Part shown: in pieces, positions 12,418 through 23,748 of the stretch | How the letters are laid out: the number at the start of each line of letters is the position of its first letter | How positions within the stretch are numbered: the first letter of the stretch is position 1 | NCBI RefSeq assembly: GCF_000281045.1 | Contig: NW_008246070.1 | Location: 710,954-774,953 of the forward strand | Length of the DNA stretch: 64,000 nucleotides | Origin: Saprolegnia diclina VS20 | Lineage: Eukaryota | Reading direction: 5' to 3' | Notes under the pieces: model-generated | Database searches by the model: none | Seen by the model: the letters and a program-made list of their open reading frames with translations, nothing else | What the model was told of the DNA's origin: nothing | Position numbers and translations under genes: made by a program

Positions 12418-14705
12418 CTACGCCGAGAGGAAGCGGCTGATGCGCTCTTGCGCTTGGCGCAGTTTGCCATCGAGCGCGTACTTCTCGGTTAAAGAAACAG
12501 GAATAATGTTCGATCAGCATAGAAAAGAACGTTGCGGGAAAAAGATATGATGTTGTCTTGGATCGACTCGACGAGCTCTTTGTTGGTCTTGTCCAACTTG
12601 GCTTGCAATTTGGCGTACTCTGCACAGTAGCGGCTCTATCCCAAATGCCTTTACCAAACGCAGTACCTTCATCGTGGCGCGCACCAGCTTGTTGCAGCGC
12701 TGCTGCATGGGCAGTCGCCTGCTCATCGATTTTGGCTTGTAGCTCGAGCAGCCTACGTTCTTGCGCGGCCAGTGTGTCGGTCTGCCCCCGCGCAGCCTGC
12801 ACCAGAGCCCTCAAGAACCAAAGAAGCGAGTTCGGGGTGTACCGATGTCGTCTCCTGGAGCAACGCGTTGAGTTTGTCGACGGTCTCGCCGAGGTGCGCG
12901 ATGGTTTGGTTGCAGCCGTCGCGGATCATAGTCATCTACGTCGCACCCATGTAGATATGGCTGTGCGCTATTCTCAAACCTCGTTGAGCTGACGCTTGGT
13001 GTCTTTGAGCGCTTGGAGAGCTTCGTGCCGCGCGCCCATGGCGTACATCGTGAGCTTGTCCTTGCGCACGATCTCGAGGTTGACGACGGCCAGCTTTTTG
13101 ATTTCATCATGAAGCTTCTTGGCCATCGCATCACGCTCCTAGAGCAACTTTGATATGCGAAATTTCCTTTATGTTGTCTACCGCCTGGATGACGATGCGA
13201 TTTCGGTCAAACTCGACGACCTCGTCACACGTTTTCTGTGTAATTTGGAGATGTTTAGTTTGTTTTTTGGTGAATTTTCTGTGTACCTTGTACATGTTGG
13301 TGATGAGGTCGACGTTGAGCCGGAGCTCGGACAATGCTTTGGCCGATGCCTGAATCGCTTCTTCGAGCTATCGAGGTCCCTGTACATGCAAAAATGAATG
13401 GCAAAGAATCGACGGACCTTCCGAATGCGCGGCTCGTGCAAGTTGATACTGGCTTGGTGCGCGTCCTTCTCAGCCTCTAATTCACTCAGAACGTGCGCGT
13501 AGCTGTCGTCGAGCTGCGAGTTGGCCGCCGCGAGTTTGGCGTTGGCGATCTTGAGCTCGCTGATCTCCCGATGCAGCTATAATACCGCATCGTTCATCGG
13601 GCTCTCGTATCGACCGAGACCTTTTGAATTGTAAAGTTGGCTTCGTCGAGACGAGTGCTGGTGCCTTTGCTCGCCTGCACTTCGTCGTCAAACGGCTACA
13701 AAGCTAGAACGAACTGTGTACCTCATTGTCAGTTGGTGCGGTCGATGTCGCGGCAAAGAGCTGGTGCACAGCGCTCGGCGCTGCCGGCGACCGCGGGGCC
13801 TCGTCCTTCCGCGGGCCGTGTTTTGGGCGGCCGCGCAAGAGGCTACTGCAGAGCTCGATGACCTTGATGTACGATAGCATTCGTCAAGGCCCCTGCAATC
13901 GAAGCGCCATGTATATGCGCAGGCATCAAGAAGGATATGAATAGTTTGGTCTCGCGCGAGAGAAGCACGGACGCGTGGGCATCAATCGTAAGCCCTTCGT
14001 CTTCGATCCTACGTGTGCTCCGTGGAGCTCTTGCCTTTGATGGACGAGAGAGGCGTACCCGCGTTCGAGGTCGGCGGCGCGCTTCTTCCGGAGCAAATCA
14101 TCAGCAATTTTGCAGCATAAATCGCCTTTCGCCATCGTAAACTAGACACATACATCAATATACGCTTCGGTGAAGCAGCTCGTGACCTTGAGCATCGACT
14201 GAAACGCCGTGTCGGTGTCGCCGGCCTTCTCGACCGTCGATGGCTCTTCCAAGATAAGCTTAAGCTGTGCCTACCAGAATGGGTGACGTCGGGACCCTAG
14301 CTGCTGCACCGTACTGCATCCTTGTCGAGCTCCAAGTCGACGCTCGCGTTGTTGCTGGCGTCGACAATCTGCGCGCGCAAAGTCGAGAGCCGAAAATCAT
14401 ACAGGCTGCGGATGTCGGACCGCATCAAGTGAAACGGGTCGACGTCGCCCTACGCCAGCATGTGCATGTTGCCACTAGTGCTGCTACATAGAAGCGAGTA
14501 CGATGCGAGCCACATCCAGCGGCGTCGGCGTTGCTGCGATCGAGTGCATGGCCTTGCTCGTCCGGAGCGACTTGCACACGTGGAGCTGGGCGGCAATGTG
14601 GCCTGCGAGCGTGTTGACGTCCTCGCGCCAGTCGTTGACGCGCCCATGCAGCTTCTGCGCGTCGTCCTTGGTGCGTATGGTCGTCCGTGCAAACTCGGCG
14701 CCCGC
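12418..14705 (-). CDS. Intron-rich coiled-coil protein of unknown function; 5' end lost in gap; contains two AT-AC introns
   Basis: About a dozen exons splice into one open frame rich in heptad E/K/L/A sequence (LEEAIQASAKALSELRLNVDLITNMYK; YAKLQAKLDKTNKELVESIQDNI/ALDGKLRQAQERISRFLSA*). Confidence 0.75.
12478..12548 (-). other. U12-type AT-AC intron (71 nt)
   Basis: 5' end ATATCTTTT, branch site TTCTTTAAC (12488-12496), 10 nt to terminal AC; phase-0 removal restores the frame. Confidence 0.75.
13869..13938 (-). other. U12-type AT-AC intron (70 nt)
   Basis: 5' end ATATCCTTC (U12 consensus), branch site GCCTTGAC (13883-13890), 14 nt to terminal AC; phase-0 removal joins RETKLF to IKVIELC. Confidence 0.85.
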
Positions 14706-15209
14706 NNNNNNNNNNNNNNNNNNNNNNNNNNNNNNNNNNNNNNNNNNNNNNNNNNNNNNNNNNNNNNNNNNNNNNNNNNNNNNNNNNNNNNNNNNNNNNN
14801 NNNNNNNNNNNNNNNNNNNNNNNNNNNNNNNNNNNNNNNNNNNNNNNNNNNNNNNNNNNNNNNNNNNNNNNNNNNNNNNNNNNNNNNNNNNNNNNNNNNN
14901 NNNNNNNNNNNNNNNNNNNNNNNNNNNNNNNNNNNNNNNNNNNNNNNNNNNNNNNNNNNNNNNNNNNNNNNNNNNNNNNNNNNNNNNNNNNNNNNNNNNN
15001 NNNNNNNNNNNNNNNNNNNNNNNNNNNNNNNNNNNNNNNNNNNNNNNNNNNNNNNNNNNNNNNNNNNNNNNNNNNNNNNNNNNNNNNNNNNNNNNNNNNN
15101 NNNNNNNNNNNNNNNNNNNNNNNNNNNNNNNNNNNNNNNNNNNNNNNNNNNNNNNNNNNNNNNNNNNNNNNNNNNNNNNNNNNNNNNNNNNNNNNNNNNN
15201 NNNNNNNNN
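14706..15209. other. Assembly gap (N run)
   Basis: Run of N bases. Confidence 1.
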
Positions 15210-15406
15210 TAGCAATGCATGTTGGTCAAGCACGCCTCTTGACGAGAGTGTAGGATCGAAAAGTGCAATTTGCTCCACACTCGAGGATTGGCTCGCGGAT
15301 AGTGGTTTTTCATTGGATGCAAAGTGGTTGCATCTCGTCATCGGATTGGCCAGCAGAAAAATAGCATACTGAAGTTTCACAATTCTCGGAACCGACACGA
15401 GCAAGC

Positions 15407-16998
15407 ATGGCCGAGCGGGCGCGGCTCGGCGACGTCGGGGGCTCATCGACGCTAGGCGGCCGGGACTCGACGTACCTCCAGGACCAAGTGCGGACGCTGC
15501 AGATCCAGGGCGACTACTATGCGCGCAAGGTCGAGATCGAGAAGCGTCGCGGCGACGAGCTCGACAAGCAGCTCAAGGTCGCCCACATCTCTTCTACGTG
15601 CATGGCGTGACGCCGACGATAGACGTACCGCGAGACGCACAACGAGACGCGCCGCATGATGAGTGCGAGCACGCCGCCCGCGGCCAAGGCGCCGCTCGAC
15701 ACGGCGTCGGACCAAAAGTCGCTCCGCGTCTTGGAGAACCGGCTGGAAAAAGTGCTCATTCGCCTCAACGAAGCCGTGCGCCCGTGGCTATTCCGACTAC
15801 GTACTTATATATCGACTAGTGCAACGCCAACAAGAAGCTCCGGGAGCAAATCCAAAATTTACGCCGCGAGAAGGTCCAGCAGCAGCAGATCCACGAAAAG
15901 CTCGATCGCGAGCTGCACACCAAGGCGCAGGACGTCACCAAGACGAGTCAGCTCACACAGAGCATCTTTGACGCACGGGACCGCGCGCAGCGCCAGGTCG
16001 AGGCGCTCCGCGCGCAGGCAGCTGAGGAAAGCGCGCGCTTTGAAGCCGATTGGAACGAGCGCCGAGAGGTGATCGAAGTCGACCGCATGACGATGCGTTC
16101 GATCCAGAACCACGGCTCCATGTTCGCACAATGCGACGACGAGGACGATGGCAGCCGTAGCAACGGAACGCCAGACGCCAAGCTTCGAGACGACACGATG
16201 AAGGCGTCGTGGCTCATTGCCGCCAAGGACGCCGACTTGCGCAAGCAAACCGAGCGGCTCAAAGCGTACGAAGACGGTCTCGCCAAGGTGCGCAAGAAGA
16301 CAGGCATCAAGGACATTGGCGAGCTCGCGAGCGCGCTCCTCGCCGCAGAAGAGAAGAACTTTTCGCTCTTCAACATGATCAACGAGCTCAACACCGAGAT
16401 GGAGTCGGTCGAGATCGAGAACAACCGGTTCCAGGACATGATCAACGAAGTGCAGGGCTGTGGCTCGGACCTCAACCGCGCACGCATCAAAGCGAGTCTC
16501 GAAGCGCAGATTGAAAAGTCCCATGTCAAGGCCACGCACTTTGAAGCGCGCGCCGCCGAGTCGAACGCGGTCATCGAGTCGATCAAGGCCGGCGCGATGA
16601 ACATCTTTCACAAGATCGGCTACAACGACGAAGCCTTGCTCCAGCAGCTCAACTCGACCGGTCTCACCGACATCAACATGCTCAAGTTCCTCGGTATCAT
16701 CGAAAAGCGCATCGGCGAAATCGTCCAGATGCACAATATCGTGTACACGCAGTCATCCAGCGGCAGCAAACTCGACTTGACGCTCGACCTCGCGCCCCAC
16801 AAAGGCCCCGTGAAGCGCGGGAACGGCAACCTCGGCGCGCACGAGTACCACCCGATGCCGCCGGCGGCCGACGACTTTGTCGACGACGACTCGGACGACT
16901 CGGACGAGCTCATCAAGCCGTGCACGCTGGCCGAGATACAAGAAAAGGCGGCGGCTGCAATAGGCAAGCGAAAAGACAAGCCGCGCCAAAAGCGGTGA
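15407..16998 (+). CDS. Outer dynein arm docking complex subunit, ODA1/DC2 (CCDC114/ODAD1/CCDC63 family), 3 exons
   Basis: Family-typical motifs LRVLENRLEKVLIRLNEA, NKKLREQIQNLRREK, YEDGLAKVRKKTGIKDI..AAEEKNFSLFNMINELNTEME, NMLKFLGIIEKR. Confidence 0.85.
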
Positions 16999-17234
16999 GT
17001 GTACATATACAATAATGCAACGTGAACACACCGTGGGTTGGTTGCTCAAGTTGCCATGTACCTGCGCACGCAGCGTCCCTAGCAGCATGCGTGTCGATTG
17101 CAGGCTTGGATGCTTGGATCAAGCTACACTGGTGGGCTTAGCTTGAAGGCGTTTCTAGTTATTATTCCAAAACCGATATATTCTGATTCTGAACTATCGA
17201 GGTTAGGGTCCTACTGTACACGTCGGGTGGTCGA

Positions 17235-18938
17235 CTAGGCTTCGTCGTCGTACGCGACCGTCGACGCGGGCTCGATGTGGCTCATGAAGACATGCTGGAT
17301 ACAAGGTGCCAAGCGCTGAAACGCCTCTCGAACAGTCTCGGGTTGGAATACATTGTCCTGGAGGTTCAACTCGTCGATCAGATGCGCGTCCGACGACCAC
17401 TTGAGCTGCGATGCCTTGCGCTTGCGTCCGGACGTGGCTGCTACAAGGCTACGGAGCCCGTCGTCGCTGAGTAAGTTGCCGCGCAGATCCACGGCCTCAA
17501 ATGGCACCAACGCCGCGCGCTGTACTAGCGCGCAGAAGACAGCGACTGCCCCTTGGTTCCGCAGCCGGTTCTCGCCGAGCGATAGGCGTCGCAGCGTGCG
17601 ATTGGACGCCAACGCAACCAGAAACGGTGATGGCGGCGTGTCACCAAGACCGATCGAGCTCAGGTGAAGCGTGTGGACGACCGTGTTGCTCGCGATGAAG
17701 GCACTCAATTCCGTCCCAAACGCAGGGCCAACGAAGTTGCGACTGAGATTGAGCGTCGCGATGTGGGCTTGGGTCGTAATCGCTGGCAAGAGCACCGCCG
17801 CGCCGACGTCCGTGATGGTGCAGTTGACGAGGTAGAGCGCTGTCAAGTTGGTCAAGTGCGGCAAGACGTCCGTTGCCAACTGAGACGCCCCAGCGTCGCC
17901 CAGTTCGTTGCTGCTCAGATCCAACGACAGCAGCTGGCGGCAATGCGCGACGGGACCGATGTTGGTGAGGCAGTTGTGCGCCAGTGACACGTGCTTGAGA
18001 TTCGACGGTTCCGTCAAGTCGTCAAGCGCTTCGTCTTCGAGCTCGTTGAACTGCAGCACGAGGGTATCAAGCGCGCGACTGCCGCAGGCGACAAGCGCAT
18101 TGACGCCGGCAACGTCCGTGACCGAGTTGTTGAGGCGCAGACGGCATAACCTCGAGCCGCCATCACGTTGAAAAGACGCCACAATCTCTCGAAGCGCTAT
18201 CGGCGACATCTTGACGGACGAGAAACCAAGCACATCGATGGGGTGGCCACGCCGCCGAGCCATCGCCGCAAGGAGCGGCGCGACAGTGGGCAGCTTGCTG
18301 TGAAGAAGACAGACCTCGCGCAGCGCTGGCAGCGTCTCAATGAGCTCGCTTAGAAGGCGCCATAGGTCGTCCGAGACCTGGGCGTGGTGCAGCTCGAGGC
18401 GCTCGATGCTGGGCAGCGACAAAAGCACGTCGACGTTGGCGCGCGTCATTTCCCGTCCGCGAACCTTGACCTGGTGGACGACACCGCTGAAGAGGGCAAG
18501 TGGAACGTCGTCAGCGCTCGCTGCGGCGCCGGCGACGTGGTCCATATCGTGCTCGACGAGCCGCTTCCGGAATTGGTGCTCCCAGTACGCGCGCCGGTAG
18601 CACGTGGTGACCCGCGTTGTGGCAATGAACGTCGTCGCCTCGGACGCGTTGTCAAAGTACTTGCTCGAGTCCAGCTTGTGGTTGAGGCTCCGGACATCGC
18701 GGCGAATGCGCTCTCGCCACTGTGCTTGCAGTGCTTCCAGGAGGGCAACGGCGTCGTCGGGACAGGCCGACGGCAGCGCGAGCTCGAACTTGCGCAGTCT
18801 CTTTGCCGACATGTGTGCCCAGACGCGCTCGATGGCCTCGGTTGGCAGCCATGCCACTGCGGCCGCGATCTCGTCGACAGCGCAGCTCGCAGCGGCTTGC
18901 GTGGCGCAGAGCTCAACCAGCGACGGCGTGCCAAGCAT
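17235..18938 (-). CDS. Leucine-rich repeat (RNI-like) protein with N-terminal BC-box-like motif (LRRC41/Elongin-A-like)
   Basis: Single exon. LRRs LLSLDLSSNELGDAGA, LRRLSLGENRLRNQGA, VDLRGNLLSDDG; N-terminal TPSLVELC...WLPTEAIERVW. Confidence 0.85.
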   Translation of the reverse strand: MLGTPSLVELCATQAAASCAVDEIAAAVAWLPTEAIERVWAHMSAKRLRKFELALPSACPDDAVALLEALQAQWRERIRRDVRSLNHKLDSSKYFDNASEATTFIATTRVTTCYRRAYWEHQFRKRLVEHDMDHVAGAAASADDVPLALFSGVVHQVKVRGREMTRANVDVLLSLPSIERLELHHAQVSDDLWRLLSELIETLPALREVCLLHSKLPTVAPLLAAMARRRGHPIDVLGFSSVKMSPIALREIVASFQRDGGSRLCRLRLNNSVTDVAGVNALVACGSRALDTLVLQFNELEDEALDDLTEPSNLKHVSLAHNCLTNIGPVAHCRQLLSLDLSSNELGDAGASQLATDVLPHLTNLTALYLVNCTITDVGAAVLLPAITTQAHIATLNLSRNFVGPAFGTELSAFIASNTVVHTLHLSSIGLGDTPPSPFLVALASNRTLRRLSLGENRLRNQGAVAVFCALVQRAALVPFEAVDLRGNLLSDDGLRSLVAATSGRKRKASQLKWSSDAHLIDELNLQDNVFQPETVREAFQRLAPCIQHVFMSHIEPASTVAYDDEA

Positions 18939-19479
18939 GAGGAGGTGTTTTAAACACAGTGTGTAGCCTAGGATAAAAACACGCAACTGGACGCCAACGG
19001 GTTTGCCGTGGGGTCCTGGTTTCCAAACGCAACAAAACTACAAACTAGATGTGGTCAACTACTGATACCTAGATAGCATTGTATGCAGTAGTGAGCGAAA
19101 GACTGGTACACTCCGTTGAATTGAAAAAATCTGGTGAAAACGATACCAAACTCGCTCCTTGTGAGGTGCGACTACCTCCCAAACGTAGGGGCTGGTCTGT
19201 GAACACTAGATACACGCCGCTTCCTTTCTACTAGGGTCTCGAAACTCTTGATGGACCCTTGCTTTCTATGGCGTTCGTCGGTCTTCAGCGTCGTGCAAGC
19301 GCTGAGCACGTCCACGAGACTCAAGAGTGATGTTCATGAACGAATGCATGTGGCTAGGATCCCCAGTGGAACGTTCCAGTCTTGGTTCCATTGATGTTGA
19401 CACGCTGACATTGCAATCGTCCGTCGGACAATTCTGTCATAGGCACTGTGTGAGCACAAGCCACTCTTGAGTTTGCATC

Positions 19480-22400
19480 ATGACAGCCACAAGAACAAAG
19501 TACGCTACCTTTGCGACGCCTGCGCCAGCGCACCCGGCTCGCTCGGCCAGCGCGGTTTCCCGTGCATTCTTTGCCTGGGCGCTACCGCTCATCTGCACGC
19601 CGCGCCAGCTGCATCTCGACGACGTGTGGCCCCTCGCACCCGAGACCACGTGCAGTGTCAATGCGGCGCCGCTCGCTGAGGCGTACGCCGCGTCGTCGTC
19701 GGTCGTCTCGGCGTTTCTGCGCGTGTATGGCTGGTCGTACTTTTGGATGGGACTGCTGGGCTTGCTATTGCGACTGATGGAACTCGCGGGACCCATGGTC
19801 TTGAACCAAGTCGTCGGCGCTGTCGACGCGCCGTCCACGCTGTACCAATCGGTGGGCCTCCTCTTTCTCTCGATGACGTCGCATGCGTTCCTCTATGCGC
19901 ACTGCGTCGTCCTCGAAGAAACCACAGTCCTGAGGTACGCTGCCTTCCAATGAAGATTCGAAGTGACGTTGTACTAGCTTTACGTCGGGCCTGAAGGGTC
20001 TTTTGTTCCAGAAGCTCCAACGACGCAGCCTGCTCGTCCAGGACGCGCCGGAACTCGCCAACCTCTACACTGCGGACCTTGAAACGGTCGAGTGGGGATT
20101 CCTCTCGCTTCTCAACGCTTGGATCTACCCGTGCCAGATCGCATGCATTGTGTACTTGCTCTACCGCGAAATCGGCGCTGCGGTCTTTGCTGGCATCGCC
20201 GTCATCGTCCTCGCCATGACGATCGCTGGCTACATCTCGACGGTCGAAGCGACTGCGTACGACAACATTAGCACAGCTCGGGATGCGCGCATGAAGGCCG
20301 TCAAGGAGACATTTGGCTCCGTCCTCGTTCTCAAGCTTCAGGCGTGGGAGAACCAAGTGGCGGCCAAGCTCTCGACGCTCCGCTACACTGGTACCTACCA
20401 TCTCTCTTCTCTCGCAACGTTTAGCATACTTGTTGTAGAGCTGCTGTACGTCTGGCACTTATTGCGCGCGGGCGCGGGCGGGACGTTGTGCATGTACGCT
20501 GCCCCATTGGGCGTCTCGGTCGCCTCGTTCGTCTGCTACACGCTGGTGCTTGGACACGCGCTGACGCCGGCCAAAGTCTTTACGTCCATTGCTCTCTTCC
20601 GCATGCTGCAAGAGCCGATGACGCAAGCCCCGGACAACATTACGGCTGCCATCGAAGGCTGGACTGCGATTCGCCGCATCGGTGAATTCCTTGGTCAGCC
20701 CGAGAAGCCGGCGGCGCCTCCTGTCTTGCCCACGCCCCGCGAGGTGCGAGCCTTCGTCTTGTATGGGCTTGGTCTTATGCAGTCTCTACTAGGTGGTCAT
20801 GGCCATGGAAGCAGTGGATGCGTCGTGGGACAACACCACTGTCCATCTCGCCAAGCTCCAACTGAGTGTTCGCAGAGGCGATTTGGTGGTTGTCCACGGC
20901 AAGGTCGGCAGTGGCAAGTCGTCGTTGTGCTTGGCGCTGCTCGGCGAGATGCATGTCCTCTCTGGCCGGATGGCGGTCCATGGGCGCATTGCCTACTGCC
21001 CCCAAGAGCCGTGGATCCAGCACATGAGTCTCCGCGACAACATCCTCTTTGGTCGGCCGTTCGAAGCGGACCGGTACGCTTCCGTCGTCAACGCGTGCGG
21101 CCTCGTCGCTGACTTTGCCCAAATGACATTTGGTGACCGTACGCTCGCCAGCGCCAAGGGCGCCAACCTCAGCGGCGGTCAAAAAGCTCGCCTCGGTCTC
21201 GCTCGCGCTGTCTACAGCGACGCCGACATCCTTCTCCTGGACGCACCCTTGGCCGCCATTGACGCGGTCGTGCAAAAAGAGATTCTCGTACGTCTCTCGA
21301 ATCAAAGGTTGCGATGTTATTGTGGATCTAGACCAAGTGTATTTTGTCACTTCTCGCGACCAAAACCGTGGTGCTCGTCACGCACAACCGCGACATCATC
21401 GACTCGGCGCACGTCAACCAAGTCGTCGAGATGCACGATGGCGCGATCGTAGCTTGTGCGCAGCGCTTGCCGTCGGCGCCGCCAGGCCCGCTCCATGCCG
21501 TCGCGCCAGAGATCGCCGTCGCCGCCAGCGACCACTGGGACACGTACTTTCAGGACGCAATGGAGGCCGAGACCGAGGACGACGAGCACCGCGAAGAGGG
21601 CCAGGTCGCGGGCCACGTTTTTACTCAGTTTTTGACGGCGTGCGGTGGCGCGCCCACGATCGCGCTTCTTCTTGGGAGTCAGCTGCTTTGGCAGGCGTTC
21701 CAGGTCGCGAGCGACGTGTGGCTCAGTCACTGGACTTCAACGGCCGAGGCCAACGATGATGCTGCGTACTACCTCGGCGTCTACGGCAGCCTCTGCTTGG
21801 CCAGCATGCTCATGGTGCTCGTGCGTGCCATCACGATCGCAACGGCCAGTCTCCATGCCTCCAAGGGCCTCTTTGAGCGACTGACGGCGTCGCTCTTGCG
21901 GGCACCCATGTCGTTTTTCGACAAAACGCCCAGTGGTCGCATCCTCAACCGGTACGGCGATGACATGGCGAGCATCGACACGCAGCTGCCGTTCAACTAC
22001 GGCTCGATTACTGCTTTTGCGGCCATCCTTGTCGCGTCGTTGGCTACGTCCATTTATGCCGTACGTACAGTCTCCCACTGCGGTGATGTCATGATTTGGA
22101 ATAGGTGCGCTGGGCGGGTCTCTGCTTCATCCCGATCTTTGTTCTCTACTTCAAGCTCACGGCCTTGTACCTCCGGCCGTCGCGGGACCTCTCTCGCCTT
22201 GCCAAGACCACCGACTCGCCCGTGCTGAGCTTTCTCGACGAAATCGAACACGGTACGACCGTCATCGCCTAAATTCTCATGTCTCATGCACGAGGATTAG
22301 GGTTTGTGACAGTGCGCGCGTTTGGCGACGTGTACACGGCCAAGCAAGCGGCACGCCACGCCCACCACGTCGACATGAACATGCGCGTTGCGCTCGCCAA

Positions 22401-23415
22401 GATCATTGTCGACGAGTGGTTCGAGCTCATGGTGCAGCTCTCTGGCACGGCCGTCGTCATGGTTGTCGCCCTCAGCCTTGTTTACTTGCGCTCGTATCTC
22501 TCGGCAGGCACGGTCGGTCTCGCGTTCAACTACATTTTGGTCGCCAACGCGCATTTGGCCGCCCTTGTCCAGGGCTGGTCGCGCCTGGAGCTCAACATGG
22601 TGTCGCCCGAACGCGTCCTCGAGTATTGCGACGTGCCGTCCGAAGACGACGTAGTACCAACGTCCCTTGTCGTGAGCGACGACTGGCACCTCGCGCGCGG
22701 CGACATTGGCTTTGCGAATGTCGCTTTTCGGTACAAACCCTCGGCCGACTTGGTGCTGCGACACGTCTCGTTTGAGATTGCGTCGGGCGAGAAGATTGGC
22801 ATTGTCGGCCGCACGGGCGCCGGCAAGTCGAGTCTGGCCATGGCGCTCTTCCGGCTCTACCCGCTCGCGTGCGGTGCCATTTCTATTGACGGGCGCGACA
22901 TTGCGTCTCTCTCGCTGCCCACGCTGCGTCGCCAGATCTCGATCATTCCGCAAAGCCCGATCCTCTTCAAAGGCTCGTTGCGCTCGTACTTGGATCCCTT
23001 CCACGTTGCCACCGACGACGCTCTCTACGCGGCGTTGCAAAAGGTCCAGCTCTCTGCGGCCTCGCTGCAGGACGAGGCCGGCGACAGCTGGAGCGTCGGC
23101 GAGCGTCAAATGCTGTGCTTGGCGCGAGCACTGCTTGCGCGAGCCCGGGTTGTGGTCTTGGACGAAGCGACGGCCGCGATCGATCATGCGACGGATCTCC
23201 ACCTCCAAGAGGTCATTGCGACGGCTTTTCAGAGCGCTACGGTACTCACGATCGCCCACCGCCTCCACACGGTCGTCAACTCGGACCGCGTCCTCGTGCT
23301 TGAGGCGGGGCAGGTCGTTGCGTTCGGCGCCCCACGCGCGCTCGTCCAAGACACTGGCAGCGTCTTCTACAACCTCGCAAAAGACGGCGGCGTGCTGGAC
23401 CTCCTCCTGCAGTAG
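19480..23415 (+). CDS. ABCC (MRP) full-length ABC transporter, multi-exon
   Basis: NBD1: GKVGSGKSS, LSGGQKARLGLARA. TMD2: FFDKTPSGRILNRY. NBD2: GRTGAGKSS, WSVGERQM, VLDEATAAID, TIAHRL. Confidence 0.93.
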
Positions 23416-23748
23416 GTGCTCCAAACGAGCGAGGAACTCGATACTACAATGAGTTGTCCCCTGCACCCTATTCCCATGTTCTCTTTAGTCATCGTTGAAG
23501 CTGGAAACAGCAATCCTTGGTCCACTACACAATACACGGCTGCCCACGTTGGCGGCGAGTCTCCACGCCACCCGTCGCTAGAGATGCAAGACCGGCGGGG
23601 AGCGACCACAGTAGTGGCGTGCCCGCTCTTGGTGCGTTTTGATTGGCGATCGGACGTGGCGCCACGTGCTGCCTTCGAAGTTCGGATCTCGAAGTGCAAA
23701 TTCGCATCGGATTGTGGCTGCCACTCCACTGCTGCCACTCTGATCTTG

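Noticed and set aside
14450..15446. Long ORFs running through N runs (also 28958-31018, 33108-34220)
   Set aside because: Length is an artefact of translating Ns as X.
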